64,000 nt of DNA, taken from positions 24,972 to 88,971 of the forward strand of contig CAWHXW010000001.1 in the NCBI GenBank assembly GCA_963833465.1. Reading direction: 5' to 3'. The DNA comes from Ignavibacteriota bacterium. Lineage in GTDB: Bacteria; Bacteroidota; Ignavibacteria; UBA10030. The notes under the pieces were generated by a model. It did no database searches and was not told the origin of the DNA. It saw nothing but the letters and a program-made list of their open reading frames with translations. Made by a program: the position numbers and the translations under genes. This document shows, in pieces, positions 20,715 through 33,825 of the stretch. Position 1 is the first letter of the stretch; every line of letters begins with the position of its first letter.

Positions 20715-21428
20715 TTGTTGTTTTTAACAATTGCAAAAATAATTTTTCTGTTTCCTATTTCTTTAGTGCTTTCATTATTGGCATTTGGATCTATTCCTTT
20801 TGATAAAAAGGGGAATTTTTTTCGCTGGTGCCCATGGGCTTGGTCAAAGTGTATTCTCTGGACTTTTGGCATCAAAGTAACCGTGAAGGGGCTTGAAAAT
20901 ATTAATCTCAATCAGCCGTACATTTTTGTATCGAATCATGCGAGCATGGCTGATATTCCTACAGTTATGGTGGCACTGAATGGTAAAGTTAATATTGTGT
21001 TTAAAAAAGAATTGACTTTGGTACCTATCTGGGGATGGGCGTTGCGATACGGGCATTTTATTATGATTGACCGCTCGAATCCACGGGATGCGATGGCAAG
21101 TATCGAACGAGCGGTACAAACTATTCGCAGCGGTCAATCTGTCATTTTGTTTCCGGAAGGAACGCGAACTATAAACGGAAAACTGCAGCCATTTAAGCGC
21201 GGCGCATTTACTCTGGCGGCAAAATCCGGAGTTCCAGTTGTACCAATGACTATCAATAATACATTTAGTATTATGCCAAAAGGATCTCTTAACGTCAAGC
21301 GTGCAGATATTTCAGTGATATTAGAGAAACCGATTCCGATAGATGGGCTTGAAAATAAAACTGACGAATTAGAATTAATGAATAAGGTGCATAAACTAAT
21401 CGAAAAGCATTATGTCGATCAATCGTGA
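20715..21428 (+). CDS. plsC: 1-acyl-sn-glycerol-3-phosphate acyltransferase
   Basis: NHASMAD (HX4D) and FPEGTR acyltransferase motifs. Confidence 0.8.
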   Translation: MLFLTIAKIIFLFPISLVLSLLAFGSIPFDKKGNFFRWCPWAWSKCILWTFGIKVTVKGLENINLNQPYIFVSNHASMADIPTVMVALNGKVNIVFKKELTLVPIWGWALRYGHFIMIDRSNPRDAMASIERAVQTIRSGQSVILFPEGTRTINGKLQPFKRGAFTLAAKSGVPVVPMTINNTFSIMPKGSLNVKRADISVILEKPIPIDGLENKTDELELMNKVHKLIEKHYVDQS

Positions 21429-21436
21429 GATAAAAT

Positions 21437-21732
21437 ATGGCAATAACGATAAAAGATGTTGAACACATAGCTAAACTTGCGAAATTAGAATTCACGGATG
21501 CTGAGAAGGAAAAGTTCACGTATCAGATGAATAAAATTTTAGACTACATGGAACAACTTAATACATTGAACACAGAGAATGTCGAACCTTTGTCACATGT
21601 TATTGAACTCAGTAATGTATTCCGCGCAGATGAAGTAAAGTACGGTGTATCAACTGAAGAAGCTCTGAAGAATGCTCCTGAGAAGAATGAACAGTTTTTC
21701 AAAGTACCAAAAGTAATTAGCGAGAAATCCTG

Positions 21733-21733
<1 letters not shown>
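21437..21733 (+). CDS. gatC: Asp-tRNA(Asn)/Glu-tRNA(Gln) amidotransferase subunit C
   Basis: 98 aa. …VEHIAKLAKLEFTDAEKEKF…. Confidence 0.8.
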
Positions 21734-24143
<2,410 letters not shown>

Positions 24144-24198
24144 ATCATAAAATGAACAATTGATTCTACAAAAAGTTTCTGTAATTGGGGTTATTCAA

Positions 24199-25083
24199 AT
24201 GAATCGGTTAAACATACTTCTACAGTTATCGTTGGCAATTATTGCAGCAAATATTTTCTTAGCATGTTCAATATCATCAGAAAATCCCGAAGAGGATGAA
24301 ATTTATTTTAAGCCTCTTGATCGGATTGTATATAAGAAAGCCGGGGCTGGTACGTTTATCCTTACCCGTGAAGGCTATACTACGCGAATTGATGATGAAT
24401 TAAAAGATTCACTTATACAAATACTTCGGCAGCAAAATAAACGATTGGATGAAGTATCGCAACATATGAATCTTCTAAATAAAAGAGAGAACGTCAATAA
24501 CAGTGTCGATCTTCTTACAACTAACGGTCGCATTTCAAATGAAATGTTGTTAGAAATGGTCAGAGATCAGAATCAACGGCTTAACGATGTCTTTGAACAG
24601 TTGAAACTTCTTTCCCAGAATCAAAATGAGCGCCATTCAAGACTTATCCCGCGTGACGAAGCGGTTCATGTTCGCCAATTTTCAACGCAAACAGTTTCCG
24701 AGTCTAAACATCTCACCGCTTCATTAAATTATGGAAAAGCGATTCAACTTTATCAGGATGGACAATATGAAAAAGCAATTGACGCGTTCGAAAAATTGTT
24801 GAATTCGAGAATCGAGCCAAAACTTGCAGACCGTTATCATTTTTGGATGGGTGTATGTTATTTTTATTTATTTAGAGGTCGTGAAGCAATCACTGAATTC
24901 TCAGAGGTGCTCAGATACACAAATTCAGATAAAATAGAAGGCGCTTACTTTATGATCGGTCAATGCTTTGAACGTATAGGAGCAAAGAAATATGCAAAAA
25001 TGGCATTTGAAAAAATACTGCAGATATATCCTCAGGGAAATCTTAAACAAATTACCGAAACAAAACTTGCGCTCCTGAAGTAA
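24199..25083 (+). CDS. lipoprotein with coiled-coil region and C-terminal TPR repeats (YbgF/CpoB-like)
   Basis: Start at MNRLNILLQLSLAIIAANIFLAC (lipobox). C-terminal TPR-like …YGKAIQLYQDGQYEKAIDAFEKLL…. Confidence 0.6.
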   Translation: MNRLNILLQLSLAIIAANIFLACSISSENPEEDEIYFKPLDRIVYKKAGAGTFILTREGYTTRIDDELKDSLIQILRQQNKRLDEVSQHMNLLNKRENVNNSVDLLTTNGRISNEMLLEMVRDQNQRLNDVFEQLKLLSQNQNERHSRLIPRDEAVHVRQFSTQTVSESKHLTASLNYGKAIQLYQDGQYEKAIDAFEKLLNSRIEPKLADRYHFWMGVCYFYLFRGREAITEFSEVLRYTNSDKIEGAYFMIGQCFERIGAKKYAKMAFEKILQIYPQGNLKQITETKLALLK

Positions 25084-25110
25084 GGGGGAAATCTTCAGGA
25101 GCGCTATTGA

Positions 25111-25156
25111 CGTCTCAATAAATCACATATCCACCGAATGTGATCGCGCTGAGACG
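25111..25156. terminator. nested hairpin between convergent genes (possible bidirectional terminator)
   Basis: cgtctca…tgagacg outer stem and atcacat…atgtgat inner stem. No strong T-run on either strand. Confidence 0.3.
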
Positions 25157-25166
25157 AACACTGAAT

Positions 25167-25922
25167 TTACTTTGTCATAATCATTTTGCGTGTTGTACTT
25201 TCATTATTCGCATCTAACCGGGCAAAATATATACCAGATGCTAATTTTTGTCCATTTATTGCATTGCTGTTCCATTCCACATTATAATTTCCAACTGATT
25301 GATATTGATCGACTAACCGGTTCACTTCTCGCCCCATAATGTCATACACGCTTAGCCGCACTTGTGCCGCTTTACTTAACTGGTATGCAATTCGCGTCGA
25401 CGGATTAAAAGGATTAGGATAATTTTGACCAAGCAAAAATGATTTGGAATCACTGTTTTCTGCAATATTGGATTTGTTGTTCCATTCCAAATTATTAATA
25501 GTTACGCCAAGACTATCCGCTTGACTATTTGTCACCATTACATTAGATAGAGAGACATTGGATAAATCAAATGAATTGATAATAGAAATAGAAAATCGTA
25601 CAAGCACGCCTTGACCGACAGAAAAGGTTTTTTGTTCCGAGTTCAAAATTAAAACGTTAACAGTGGAATCATTCGGTTCATAAGAAGCAACGATCCATTG
25701 CGATCCAGCGGTAAGATTACCTTGTCCGACTTCACCTAACACGACATCAGATGAAGTATGCAAACTGAACTGAACGCCAGCAATTAATTCAGAATTAGTA
25801 AGCTGAACTTCGAGAGTATTACTTGCAATCCGCACTACCGAAAGATTATTGCCTGCAAATGTAATTGATGCCGAAATAAGCAGGCTTAATAAAATTCTAT
25901 GATATCTTTTTCTCATCATCAT
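25167..25922 (-). CDS. secreted protein with type IX secretion C-terminal sorting domain
   Basis: Signal peptide MMMRKRYHRILLSLLISASITFA. C-terminal …NYPNPFNPSTRIAYQLSKAAQVRLSVYDIMGREV… T9SS CTD. Confidence 0.7.
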   Translation of the reverse strand: MMMRKRYHRILLSLLISASITFAGNNLSVVRIASNTLEVQLTNSELIAGVQFSLHTSSDVVLGEVGQGNLTAGSQWIVASYEPNDSTVNVLILNSEQKTFSVGQGVLVRFSISIINSFDLSNVSLSNVMVTNSQADSLGVTINNLEWNNKSNIAENSDSKSFLLGQNYPNPFNPSTRIAYQLSKAAQVRLSVYDIMGREVNRLVDQYQSVGNYNVEWNSNAINGQKLASGIYFARLDANNESTTRKMIMTK

Positions 25923-26209
25923 TTCAGTCGCCTTTCATCAAACTTCAACTAAAGAAGTTCATTCAGTGTGCCAATAGAAGAATGTTCACTCTTTAAAATG
26001 AAAAAACGAAGAAAGGACTAATAAATACTGTGAAAATGAAGATGGTTTTTATTTCTGCCGAGGGAAGAGAGTAGCTTAAATTGTGTAAGTTCTACAAATG
26101 TTTTGTACTCCTGAAATTTAGATTCTGAATAATTGCATGGTACATACGACAAATCGACGAGCTTTGTGAAAAATTTATCGCTGCTTTTTAATTAAAAATT
26201 AATTCAGAT

Positions 26210-26743
26210 TTATTTCTGAGTATTACTACGCTGTTTTCTTGTCCGAGGTTTAGTAGTTTGCAGAAGTGGCTTTACTTGTGTTGTTTCTTGAGCTGACAAT
26301 ACTTCCTGAATTTTAGTGGATTGCTGTGATATTGAAGCAGATTCAGATGTTAGATGCAATTGGTGGTGTTCAAGACGCTTTATTTGCACCATTTCCTTTC
26401 TAATACGAGATGTCAAAATTAGAAGAACGATATTCATTATACCAAGCAATGCCACAAGTGAATAAAGCCAAATAAAATGAACAGTGCTTTCTGCAGATGA
26501 TTTCTGAATTCGTCGTTGGATTGTATCCACCTTATTAATAATATTAACGTATGCCTGTACATTGCCCTGCATATATCCTTCATAAGCAGCGCATAGACTG
26601 TCTTCATGATAAGGAGAAACAAGATAAACAGGAATCGGCGGTTCTTTGACATTTGAATTATCTTGAGCAATAGTTTTATTGAATTGAATGCAGCTTAAAA
26701 GAAGTATGCAAATTATGGATATCACCTTGAAACTTTCTTTCAT
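26210..26743 (-). CDS. hypothetical exported/membrane-anchored protein
   Basis: 177 aa. N-terminal signal peptide, one internal TM helix, basic C-terminal tail. Confidence 0.45.
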   Translation of the reverse strand: MKESFKVISIICILLLSCIQFNKTIAQDNSNVKEPPIPVYLVSPYHEDSLCAAYEGYMQGNVQAYVNIINKVDTIQRRIQKSSAESTVHFIWLYSLVALLGIMNIVLLILTSRIRKEMVQIKRLEHHQLHLTSESASISQQSTKIQEVLSAQETTQVKPLLQTTKPRTRKQRSNTQK

Positions 26744-27104
26744 TGAAAATTCCCTTCAATAATAATGAAATTCGTGGATTAAGTTAAGAAGACACATTGC
26801 TAAATGCAAACAAAAAGTAATTTAACAGTAGATGGGTTCTTATAGAATTGCATAAGAAATGACATGAACAAAACAATACAAGTAAAAGAAATTTAATAAG
26901 TTTAAATCTATCAGGATTAACAATAGTTCGGTTGAAATGATTGTCGTTTGCCAGACATTAAAATCGATGTTCTAAAAATTGGAAATAGTTATGCGTTCGA
27001 AATTCAGATATCCCATCCTCAATAATTGAATGATAGCTGTATCTTTTATGAAAAATCATTTGATATTGTCAAATAACATTTTTATCTTAGTAGTGTCAAA
27101 TAAC

Positions 27105-27331
27105 AGTACACCGTTATGGCTCCCTCGGGAGACCTTTTCTGTAGAGTAAGTCCTGTGTCGCGAGTCGTTTGTTGGTGGTTCCATTCAATCCTTTGGCTTG
27201 AACACCTCAATAAAGATGTCACCGACTTCGTTGGGCCGTATCAATCCAGTAAAAGTGTTTTTGAGTAGAGTACGGCGTACACCCTGCCGGCGGTCGGCCG
27301 GTTTTTCAATCTTTATGAAAGGATATGTTCC
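27105..27331 (+). promoter_or_regulatory. long GC-rich structured 5' leader of cspA
   Basis: About 230 nt just upstream of cspA, markedly more GC-rich than its surroundings, with stems such as ccctgccggcggtcggccgg. Cold-shock genes characteristically carry long structured 5' UTRs. A TGTCAAATAACA direct repeat occurs twice, at 27067 and 27094, immediately upstream. Confidence 0.4.
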
Positions 27332-27535
27332 ATGGAAAAAGGAACAGTCAAATGGTTTAATGGAGCCAAAGGTTTTGGTTTCATTTCACGTGCAAGCGGC
27401 GAAGATGTATTCGTACACTTCAAAGCTATTACCAGTAATGGCTACAAGACACTCAATGAGGGTGACAAAGTAGAGTTTGAAGTTCAGCAAGGACCAAAAG
27501 GCCTCCAAGCTGCAAACGTTACAGTAGTTTCCTAA
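27332..27535 (+). CDS. cspA: cold-shock protein (CspA family)
   Basis: 67 aa. [16 protein letters not shown] (RNP1) and VFVHF (RNP2). Confidence 0.9.
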   Translation: MEKGTVKWFNGAKGFGFISRASGEDVFVHFKAITSNGYKTLNEGDKVEFEVQQGPKGLQAANVTVVS

Positions 27536-27556
27536 AAAACCATTTAGCGTTAAATC

Positions 27557-27588
27557 AAAAAACCCTATCGATGAGATGGGGTTTTTTG
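27557..27588 (+). terminator. rho-independent terminator of cspA
   Basis: ccctatc-gatga-gatgggg stem-loop followed by TTTTTT. Confidence 0.7.
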
Positions 27589-27602
27589 TTATAGCCCTAT
27601 TA

Positions 27603-28592
27603 TCATTTTCCCAGCCGCTGCATTTGCATTGCAGGGTAACGTTCTCCAGACGCCACACCTACTGGTAATGCCTCGTTTATTTTTTTTATATCTTCTAAAG
27701 TCAAATTGACGTTCACTGCTTTAATATTTTCTTGAAGATATTCCAATTTCTTTGTACCAGGGATCGGAACAATATCTTCTCCCTGTGCTAAGCACCAAGC
27801 AAGTGCTAATTGAGCTGGAGTGCATTTCTTTTCAGCTGCGAACTTCTCGATCTTCTCAACAATCTGTAAATTCCTTTTAAGATTCGCTTCTAAAAATCGC
27901 GGATGATTGCTTTTTCGGAAATCACCTTCTGCAAAGTCCGAAAGAGATTTATATTTTCCTGTTAAAAAACCTCTCCCCAATGGACTATAAGGAACAAATC
28001 CGATTCCCAGCAACCGGCACGTCGGAAGTATTTCCTTTTCGACATCGCGGGTCCATAGAGAGTATTCCGTTTGCAACGCTGTGATTGGATGAACTGCATA
28101 TGCCTTCCTAATAGTTTCAGGTCCGGCTTCTGAAAGCCCGAGGTATCTGATCTTCCCCTCGCGTACAAGTTCCGACATTGCTCCTACGGTTTCTTCAATC
28201 GGAGTATTTGTATCAACCCGGTGCTGATAATAGAGATCGATGTGATCGATATTCAATCTACGCAAACTGTCTTCACACGCTGATTTGACATATTCGGGTC
28301 TGCCATTGATCCCTAAAAAGCTTCTATCGGCACCCCGTACATTTCCGAACTTCGTAGCAATAAACAAACTCTCTCGTTTGCCTTGGATAGCTTTCCCGAG
28401 TAATTCTTCATTATGACCGACACCATACATATCGGCTGTATCGAAGAATGTGATGCCGAGACCAATCGCAGTATGAATCACGGCAATCGATTCACTGTCG
28501 TTAGCTTTGCCGTAAAACTCCGACATTCCCATGCATCCGAGACCAATTGCTGAAACAACAGGCCCATTTATTCCTAATCTTCGCTGATTCAT
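27603..28592 (-). CDS. aldo/keto reductase family oxidoreductase
   Basis: 329 aa. …[13 protein letters not shown]…DTADMYG… AKR signatures. Confidence 0.85.
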   Translation of the reverse strand: MNQRRLGINGPVVSAIGLGCMGMSEFYGKANDSESIAVIHTAIGLGITFFDTADMYGVGHNEELLGKAIQGKRESLFIATKFGNVRGADRSFLGINGRPEYVKSACEDSLRRLNIDHIDLYYQHRVDTNTPIEETVGAMSELVREGKIRYLGLSEAGPETIRKAYAVHPITALQTEYSLWTRDVEKEILPTCRLLGIGFVPYSPLGRGFLTGKYKSLSDFAEGDFRKSNHPRFLEANLKRNLQIVEKIEKFAAEKKCTPAQLALAWCLAQGEDIVPIPGTKKLEYLQENIKAVNVNLTLEDIKKINEALPVGVASGERYPAMQMQRLGK

Positions 28593-28687
28593 ATTCAGTT
28601 CCTTCCTGTATGAGATTATAGAAATATTTTATATTATTTACTTATCTTGATAATCAAGATATTTTCGTTCAAGTTCCCAAGTCTAAT

Positions 28688-29113
28688 TTACAGTAAATGT
28701 TCGTTACTTGATGTTGATATTGAAGTCTTGAACGTCCACCGGTCGTTTACTAAATAATTTAATATCGTACCGACCGTGATTCCTATAAGATTAGAAAGTA
28801 AATAATATATCCCTAACCAACCTGTAAGAATTATCAGGAAAATATAATTGAAAAGAAAAGCAGTGCCAGCAACTCCAACGTGGTACCGCAAAAGCTTTAT
28901 CCACAACGATCCGCCTCTATCCTTCCAAGTCCAAATATGATTTAAAAAGAAGTTTGAAATAATTGATAATTCTATCGCAATAAGACTTGCGATGTAGTAA
29001 GGAATTCTGAAATACTCAGTAAACAGATAGAGAACACCCATGTTGACAACTACTCCGCTGCCGCCAACAACACAAAATTTGAGAATCCTAGAATTCAAAA
29101 CTATTTCATACAA
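28688..29113 (-). CDS. GtrA-family membrane protein (polyprenyl-phosphate-sugar flippase-like)
   Basis: 141 aa with four TM helices. …KFCVVGGSGVVVNMGVLYLF…HIWTW… GtrA pattern. Confidence 0.7.
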   Translation of the reverse strand: MYEIVLNSRILKFCVVGGSGVVVNMGVLYLFTEYFRIPYYIASLIAIELSIISNFFLNHIWTWKDRGGSLWIKLLRYHVGVAGTAFLFNYIFLIILTGWLGIYYLLSNLIGITVGTILNYLVNDRWTFKTSISTSSNEHLL

Positions 29114-29143
29114 CTTAAAACTCTTTCTCTCCGGCCGTCAAAA

Positions 29144-30634
29144 TTATTGATCAACATTTTTATAGACATAAATTGTTTCGTTTTTATTGTGCTTTGGATT
29201 GAGGCGATAAAACACATCATCTAGAAAACTCGCATCAATCCTTTTATCAAGTACAAGTTTTAATCCCAAAGTAGAATCGATTTGTTGCACTCTCTTATCA
29301 AGGTCTTCGGTACCATAAAAGATCGCATAGTTTGGAAGAGATGTCGCAGACTTCAATTGTGTCTGGACTTGAGGAATTTGCCCCTCATCTTCGATTTCAT
29401 AATATGGAACTGAATATACACCCGAATAAAATCTGGGGCATTGTGTAACGCCAAGTTTGCCACCCACCAAGACAATTCCCTTAATTGGTTTTCCATAAAG
29501 CGCATACATTGCCTCGACTCTTGCTTTCTTTGAATAGTACATCGAGAAAGGAATCAGAAGAATAATATTGATCATCCAAAACCACACCCAAAACGAACGC
29601 AATGTGATTTGATGGCGCAACCAGAAAGCAGAACCCTTTACATATTCCTCCCATCCGACAACACTTAAAACAAGAATGATCGGAACTACCGGGAAAATAA
29701 ATCGTTCCTGTTTATTTGGAAATAAAGAATGCAACACAAAGAACACCAAGACCGGCAAGAGAATTAACAAACTTTTTCGCCAATTCTTAAAGAAGCCATA
29801 AAGCAATAGAAAACTCATTGGAGGAATCATTGCACCCGTAACTAAAAGTAAATAATTATACCACGGCCCGGTTGTATAATCCTCTCCATGAGTCGCATTA
29901 TAACCAACATATTCAAGAAATGATGCAAACGGATATCCCCAGGCAAAGACATCTGCGCTTCCTTGAATGACAAATGCCGTGACAAGAAATCCACCGGCAA
30001 GCAAGAACATCTGCTTGAATTCCTTCCGAAAAAGAAATATCAATCCTAATGTACCTGAAATGGAAAGCGTTTGATACCTGAATACAAACGCTAATCCAAA
30101 AAATAATCCAGCAATGAAGGCGTTACGAATTCTCTCTTTTGAAATCAACGAATAGTAAAAACCAGCCATCAATGGTGGAATACAGACCATCTCGATAAGA
30201 TTTCTTACACTAAGAAAAGGGAGTGCCCAGAATAATGCAAGAACGAGTCCGACTTTCTTTGCAGTCTTTTGGTCGCTGAGTTTTTCAGCGATCTTAAAAC
30301 CAAAGAGCACAACAATCAATGAATATAGAGCGTGAAGAAATCGTACAATGTACATTGTATATTGCGGATTTTTGATACCAAGAAATTCTAATCCATTGAA
30401 GAGGACATAATGAATCATCGGGTACACAATACTATGACCAAATGGAGTTGTTCGGCTCGTCCAAAAAGTCATATCTTGCATGATATGGAATGGATGTTCT
30501 ATTGGCCCGAAGTGGTCGTCAGCCATCCCGTATCCCTTAGAAAAAATTGTCGCCATTAGCCGAGGAATCATCGCAATGATTAAAATAGCTAGAAGTGGAT
30601 GTTCATTCCAAAAGCGTCTAATTGATTCTCTCAT
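29144..30634 (-). CDS. GT-C fold integral membrane glycosyltransferase (ArnT/PMT-like)
   Basis: 496 aa, more than 10 TM helices. DD motif in the first periplasmic loop (…GMADDHFGP…). Immediately upstream of the GtrA gene. Confidence 0.5.
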   Translation of the reverse strand: MRESIRRFWNEHPLLAILIIAMIPRLMATIFSKGYGMADDHFGPIEHPFHIMQDMTFWTSRTTPFGHSIVYPMIHYVLFNGLEFLGIKNPQYTMYIVRFLHALYSLIVVLFGFKIAEKLSDQKTAKKVGLVLALFWALPFLSVRNLIEMVCIPPLMAGFYYSLISKERIRNAFIAGLFFGLAFVFRYQTLSISGTLGLIFLFRKEFKQMFLLAGGFLVTAFVIQGSADVFAWGYPFASFLEYVGYNATHGEDYTTGPWYNYLLLVTGAMIPPMSFLLLYGFFKNWRKSLLILLPVLVFFVLHSLFPNKQERFIFPVVPIILVLSVVGWEEYVKGSAFWLRHQITLRSFWVWFWMINIILLIPFSMYYSKKARVEAMYALYGKPIKGIVLVGGKLGVTQCPRFYSGVYSVPYYEIEDEGQIPQVQTQLKSATSLPNYAIFYGTEDLDKRVQQIDSTLGLKLVLDKRIDASFLDDVFYRLNPKHNKNETIYVYKNVDQ

Positions 30635-30835
30635 AGGTAATCTTGCTTTAGTTAGTTTGAAGTGAATAATTGTTTCGGATCAATGTATCAATTTTGAGCT
30701 TATATTGATTGATGTAATTTTAGCAATCGGTTCCTTTGAAATCAAGTTGTTTCCGAATTTTTGAAATTACTCAACTTCTCTGTATCTTAATTACAATCAC
30801 ATCAGAAATATCAATGACAAGGAGCTTTTTACAGA

Positions 30836-31483
30836 ATGATAAAAGCTGTTCTTTTTGATTTAGACGGAGTACTAGTCTCAACCGATGAATACCACTACCG
30901 CTCGTGGAAAAAGTTATCTAATGAAGAAGGATTTGATTTTTTCGATCATGAATTTAACCACAAATTTCGCGGTGTAGCAAGAAACGAATGTGTGGAAATA
31001 ATAACAAAAGCTTCCGGAAAAAAATATACATCCGAACAAAAAATAGAACTTGCAGACAGAAAAAACAGATATTTTACCGAATCTCTTTCATCAGTATCCA
31101 TGGAAGTGCTGCTGCCCGGTGCTCTTTATACACTGATGGAATTAAGAAAGCGTGGAATCAAAACCGCCGTAGCATCTAACAGCCGCAATGCCGTGACTAT
31201 TATAAAGCAAGTAAATATAGAACATTTATTAGATGCAATAGTCGACGGATACCAAATCGAAAATTCCAAACCAGACCCTGAAGTTTTCTTGCTCGCCGCA
31301 AGAAAGGTCGCTGTCCCTCCTGCTCATTGTCTTGTAGTTGAGGATGCTGTTGCAGGCATTGAATCTGCGAGACGCGCCGGTATGAAAGCACTCGGAATTG
31401 GCACAAAGGAACGGCTTCCTAATGCCGATAATATCGTTCCTGATCTATCTTCCATTTCAATTGATAAATTATTAAATTTGTAA
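30836..31483 (+). CDS. pgmB: beta-phosphoglucomutase-family HAD hydrolase
   Basis: 215 aa. FDLDGVLV motif I and HAD motifs II and III. Confidence 0.7.
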   Translation: MIKAVLFDLDGVLVSTDEYHYRSWKKLSNEEGFDFFDHEFNHKFRGVARNECVEIITKASGKKYTSEQKIELADRKNRYFTESLSSVSMEVLLPGALYTLMELRKRGIKTAVASNSRNAVTIIKQVNIEHLLDAIVDGYQIENSKPDPEVFLLAARKVAVPPAHCLVVEDAVAGIESARRAGMKALGIGTKERLPNADNIVPDLSSISIDKLLNL

Positions 31484-31593
31484 CAACAAATTAATCAAAT
31501 TAAACATACTTTTGAAAAACGTACTAATATTTCCTTAAATTATTAAAAAGAACTTCTAAACTTTTTTCTAAAACACTTCAAGGAACTCTTCCT

Positions 31594-33642
31594 ATGAAAA
31601 CATATTCAGTAGTGTTCGCGGTCGTTTTAGTTTTAATGATTACAGGTGAGACAATTTGCCAGAATGCAACATCCCAAACTAAGGCGATTGATCCGGCTAA
31701 TATGGATCTATCTATAAAACCATGTGATGACTTCTTTCACTATGCTAATGGAACTTGGCTAAGGAATAATCCCATTCCTGCGGCATTCGATCAATGGGGA
31801 AGCTTCAATGTTCTTGCCGACCATAACAGAGATGTTCTTCATGAAATTCTCGAAAATGCAGCAAACGACAAAACATCTGTTCCAGGAAGCAACAAACAAA
31901 AAATTGGAGATTTCTATGCAACGGGCATGGATTCCGCTGCTATTGAAGCACTCGGATACAAACCTATTGCAAAGGATTTGAATCGAATCAATTTAATTAA
32001 AGATATGGACGGCATACAAGCAGAACTTACCAGGCAACAATCCATATCAATTCGCACGTTATTTGGTTTTGGTTCTGAACAAGATCCAAAAAACAGCAAT
32101 GAAGTCATCGGTGAACTGCATCAAGGTGGATTAGGTTTACCGGAACGAGATTATTATCTAGCCGAAGATGCTCGTTCTAAAAAAATCCGCGAGGAATATG
32201 TCAAGCATATGACTGCAATGTTCAAATTAGCAGGTGACGATGAGGCAACAGCTTCTGTTGAAGCACAATCTGTGATGTCATTTGAAACACGACTCGCCAA
32301 AGCGTCACGTCCGCTTGGCGAATTACGCGACCCTGACAAAAATTATAATAAAATGACACAAGAACAGCTTGCTGCACTTGCACCATCTTTGAATTGGAAA
32401 CGTTTCTTTATAAATCTTGGTTGGAATAACCCGAGCAGTGTCGATGTCGGTCAACCGGAGTTTTTCAAAGAAGTGAATACAATAATTGGAAGTGTTCCTA
32501 TATCTGAATGGAAAAATTATCTCCGTTGGAAAGTTATAAGCGCATCTGCAAATGCTCTGAGTTCAGCATTTGTTGCAGAAAATTTCCACTTCCGCGGCAC
32601 TATTATGACCGGTGCAAAGGAAATGCAACCTCGCTGGAAACGCACCTGTGATGTAATCGACAGAATGATAGGTGAAGCTCTAGGCGAAGTATATGCTGCA
32701 AAAGAATTTCCTCCAGAGGCAAAGGTTCGCGCACTGGAATTGGTATCCAATATCAAAACTGCACTTCGTGAGCATATTATCGCTATTACATGGATGGACG
32801 ACACAACAAAACAAGCTGCATTAAAAAAACTCGATGCCATCACGGTGAAAATCGGTTATCCTGATAAATGGCGAGATTATTCCAATCTAAAAATTGATCA
32901 TACTTCTTATCTTGAAAATATACGAAGCGCGTCTCATTTTGCTGTCGAACGTGAAGTGCGCAAGATCGGCAAACCGGTAGATAGAACAGAATGGGGAATG
33001 ACACCGCCAACTGTCAATGCATACTACGATCCGTCTATGAACGAAATCGTTTTCCCGGCAGGAATTCTTCAGCCGCCGTTCTTCAATTTTAAAGCAGACG
33101 ATGCTGTTAATTATGGCGGCATCGGTGTTGTTATCGGTCATGAAATTTCTCACGGGTTCGATGACCAAGGAAGTAAATTTGATGCTGAAGGGAATTTAAA
33201 AGTTTGGTGGACTTCCGGAACGAGAAAGAATTTTGATGAACGTACAACTGTTCTGGCTAAACAATTCGATGCAATTATTCCTATCGACTCGCTCCACATA
33301 AATGGTGCGGCTACACTCGGAGAAAATATTGGCGATTTGGGCGGGCTTGCAATTGCATTTACTGCATTGAAAAATATTCTCAAAGGAAAAACTATAGAAC
33401 AGATCGATGGTTTCACACCGGAACAAAGGTTCTTCCTTTCTTTTGCGCAGTTGTGGAGAAGCAACGTGCGTCCAGAACGATTGAGAATGCAATTAAAAAC
33501 AGACGTGCACTCGCCAGCAGAGTATCGTGTAAATGCGTCACTGCCGAACTTGCAGGCATTTTATGATGCATTTGGTTGCGGTACAACAGGAGCGATGTAC
33601 TTGCCGCCAGAAAAAAGAGCTCTAATTTGGAATTTGAAATAA
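31594..33642 (+). CDS. pepO: M13-family zinc metallopeptidase (neprilysin/PepO-like), secreted
   Basis: 682 aa. Signal peptide, HEISHGFD (HExxH), GENIGDLGG. Confidence 0.85.
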   Translation: MKTYSVVFAVVLVLMITGETICQNATSQTKAIDPANMDLSIKPCDDFFHYANGTWLRNNPIPAAFDQWGSFNVLADHNRDVLHEILENAANDKTSVPGSNKQKIGDFYATGMDSAAIEALGYKPIAKDLNRINLIKDMDGIQAELTRQQSISIRTLFGFGSEQDPKNSNEVIGELHQGGLGLPERDYYLAEDARSKKIREEYVKHMTAMFKLAGDDEATASVEAQSVMSFETRLAKASRPLGELRDPDKNYNKMTQEQLAALAPSLNWKRFFINLGWNNPSSVDVGQPEFFKEVNTIIGSVPISEWKNYLRWKVISASANALSSAFVAENFHFRGTIMTGAKEMQPRWKRTCDVIDRMIGEALGEVYAAKEFPPEAKVRALELVSNIKTALREHIIAITWMDDTTKQAALKKLDAITVKIGYPDKWRDYSNLKIDHTSYLENIRSASHFAVEREVRKIGKPVDRTEWGMTPPTVNAYYDPSMNEIVFPAGILQPPFFNFKADDAVNYGGIGVVIGHEISHGFDDQGSKFDAEGNLKVWWTSGTRKNFDERTTVLAKQFDAIIPIDSLHINGAATLGENIGDLGGLAIAFTALKNILKGKTIEQIDGFTPEQRFFLSFAQLWRSNVRPERLRMQLKTDVHSPAEYRVNASLPNLQAFYDAFGCGTTGAMYLPPEKRALIWNLK

Positions 33643-33652
33643 AAGGTCATTC

Positions 33653-33690
33653 TGTCCCGTTTTCTATTCTTCCTGGAGACGGGATTTTTC
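33653..33690 (+). terminator. candidate terminator downstream of pepO
   Basis: tcccgt…acggga stem followed by TTTTT. Confidence 0.4.
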
Positions 33691-33825
33691 TAATAGCAAA
33701 GAAATCGGTCTTAGCGATGATTGTGATACAAATAATTCCAGCGTGACTCGTTCGTTCCGGGATATGCACGAAACGATATCTTCATTTGATGTAGAGCATA
33801 TAATCTGAAACACATATTACTTTGT

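Noticed and set aside
20474-20911. Two small minus-strand ORFs (68 and 70 aa) in the DUF1343-plsC intergenic region
   Set aside because: No recognisable motifs. The second overlaps the plsC start. Likely spurious ORFs in a promoter region.
27198-27473. 91-aa ORF overlapping the cspA leader and start
   Set aside because: Out of frame with cspA, and the Arg/Pro-rich translation reflects the GC-rich UTR. The cspA frame has an unmistakable cold-shock domain.
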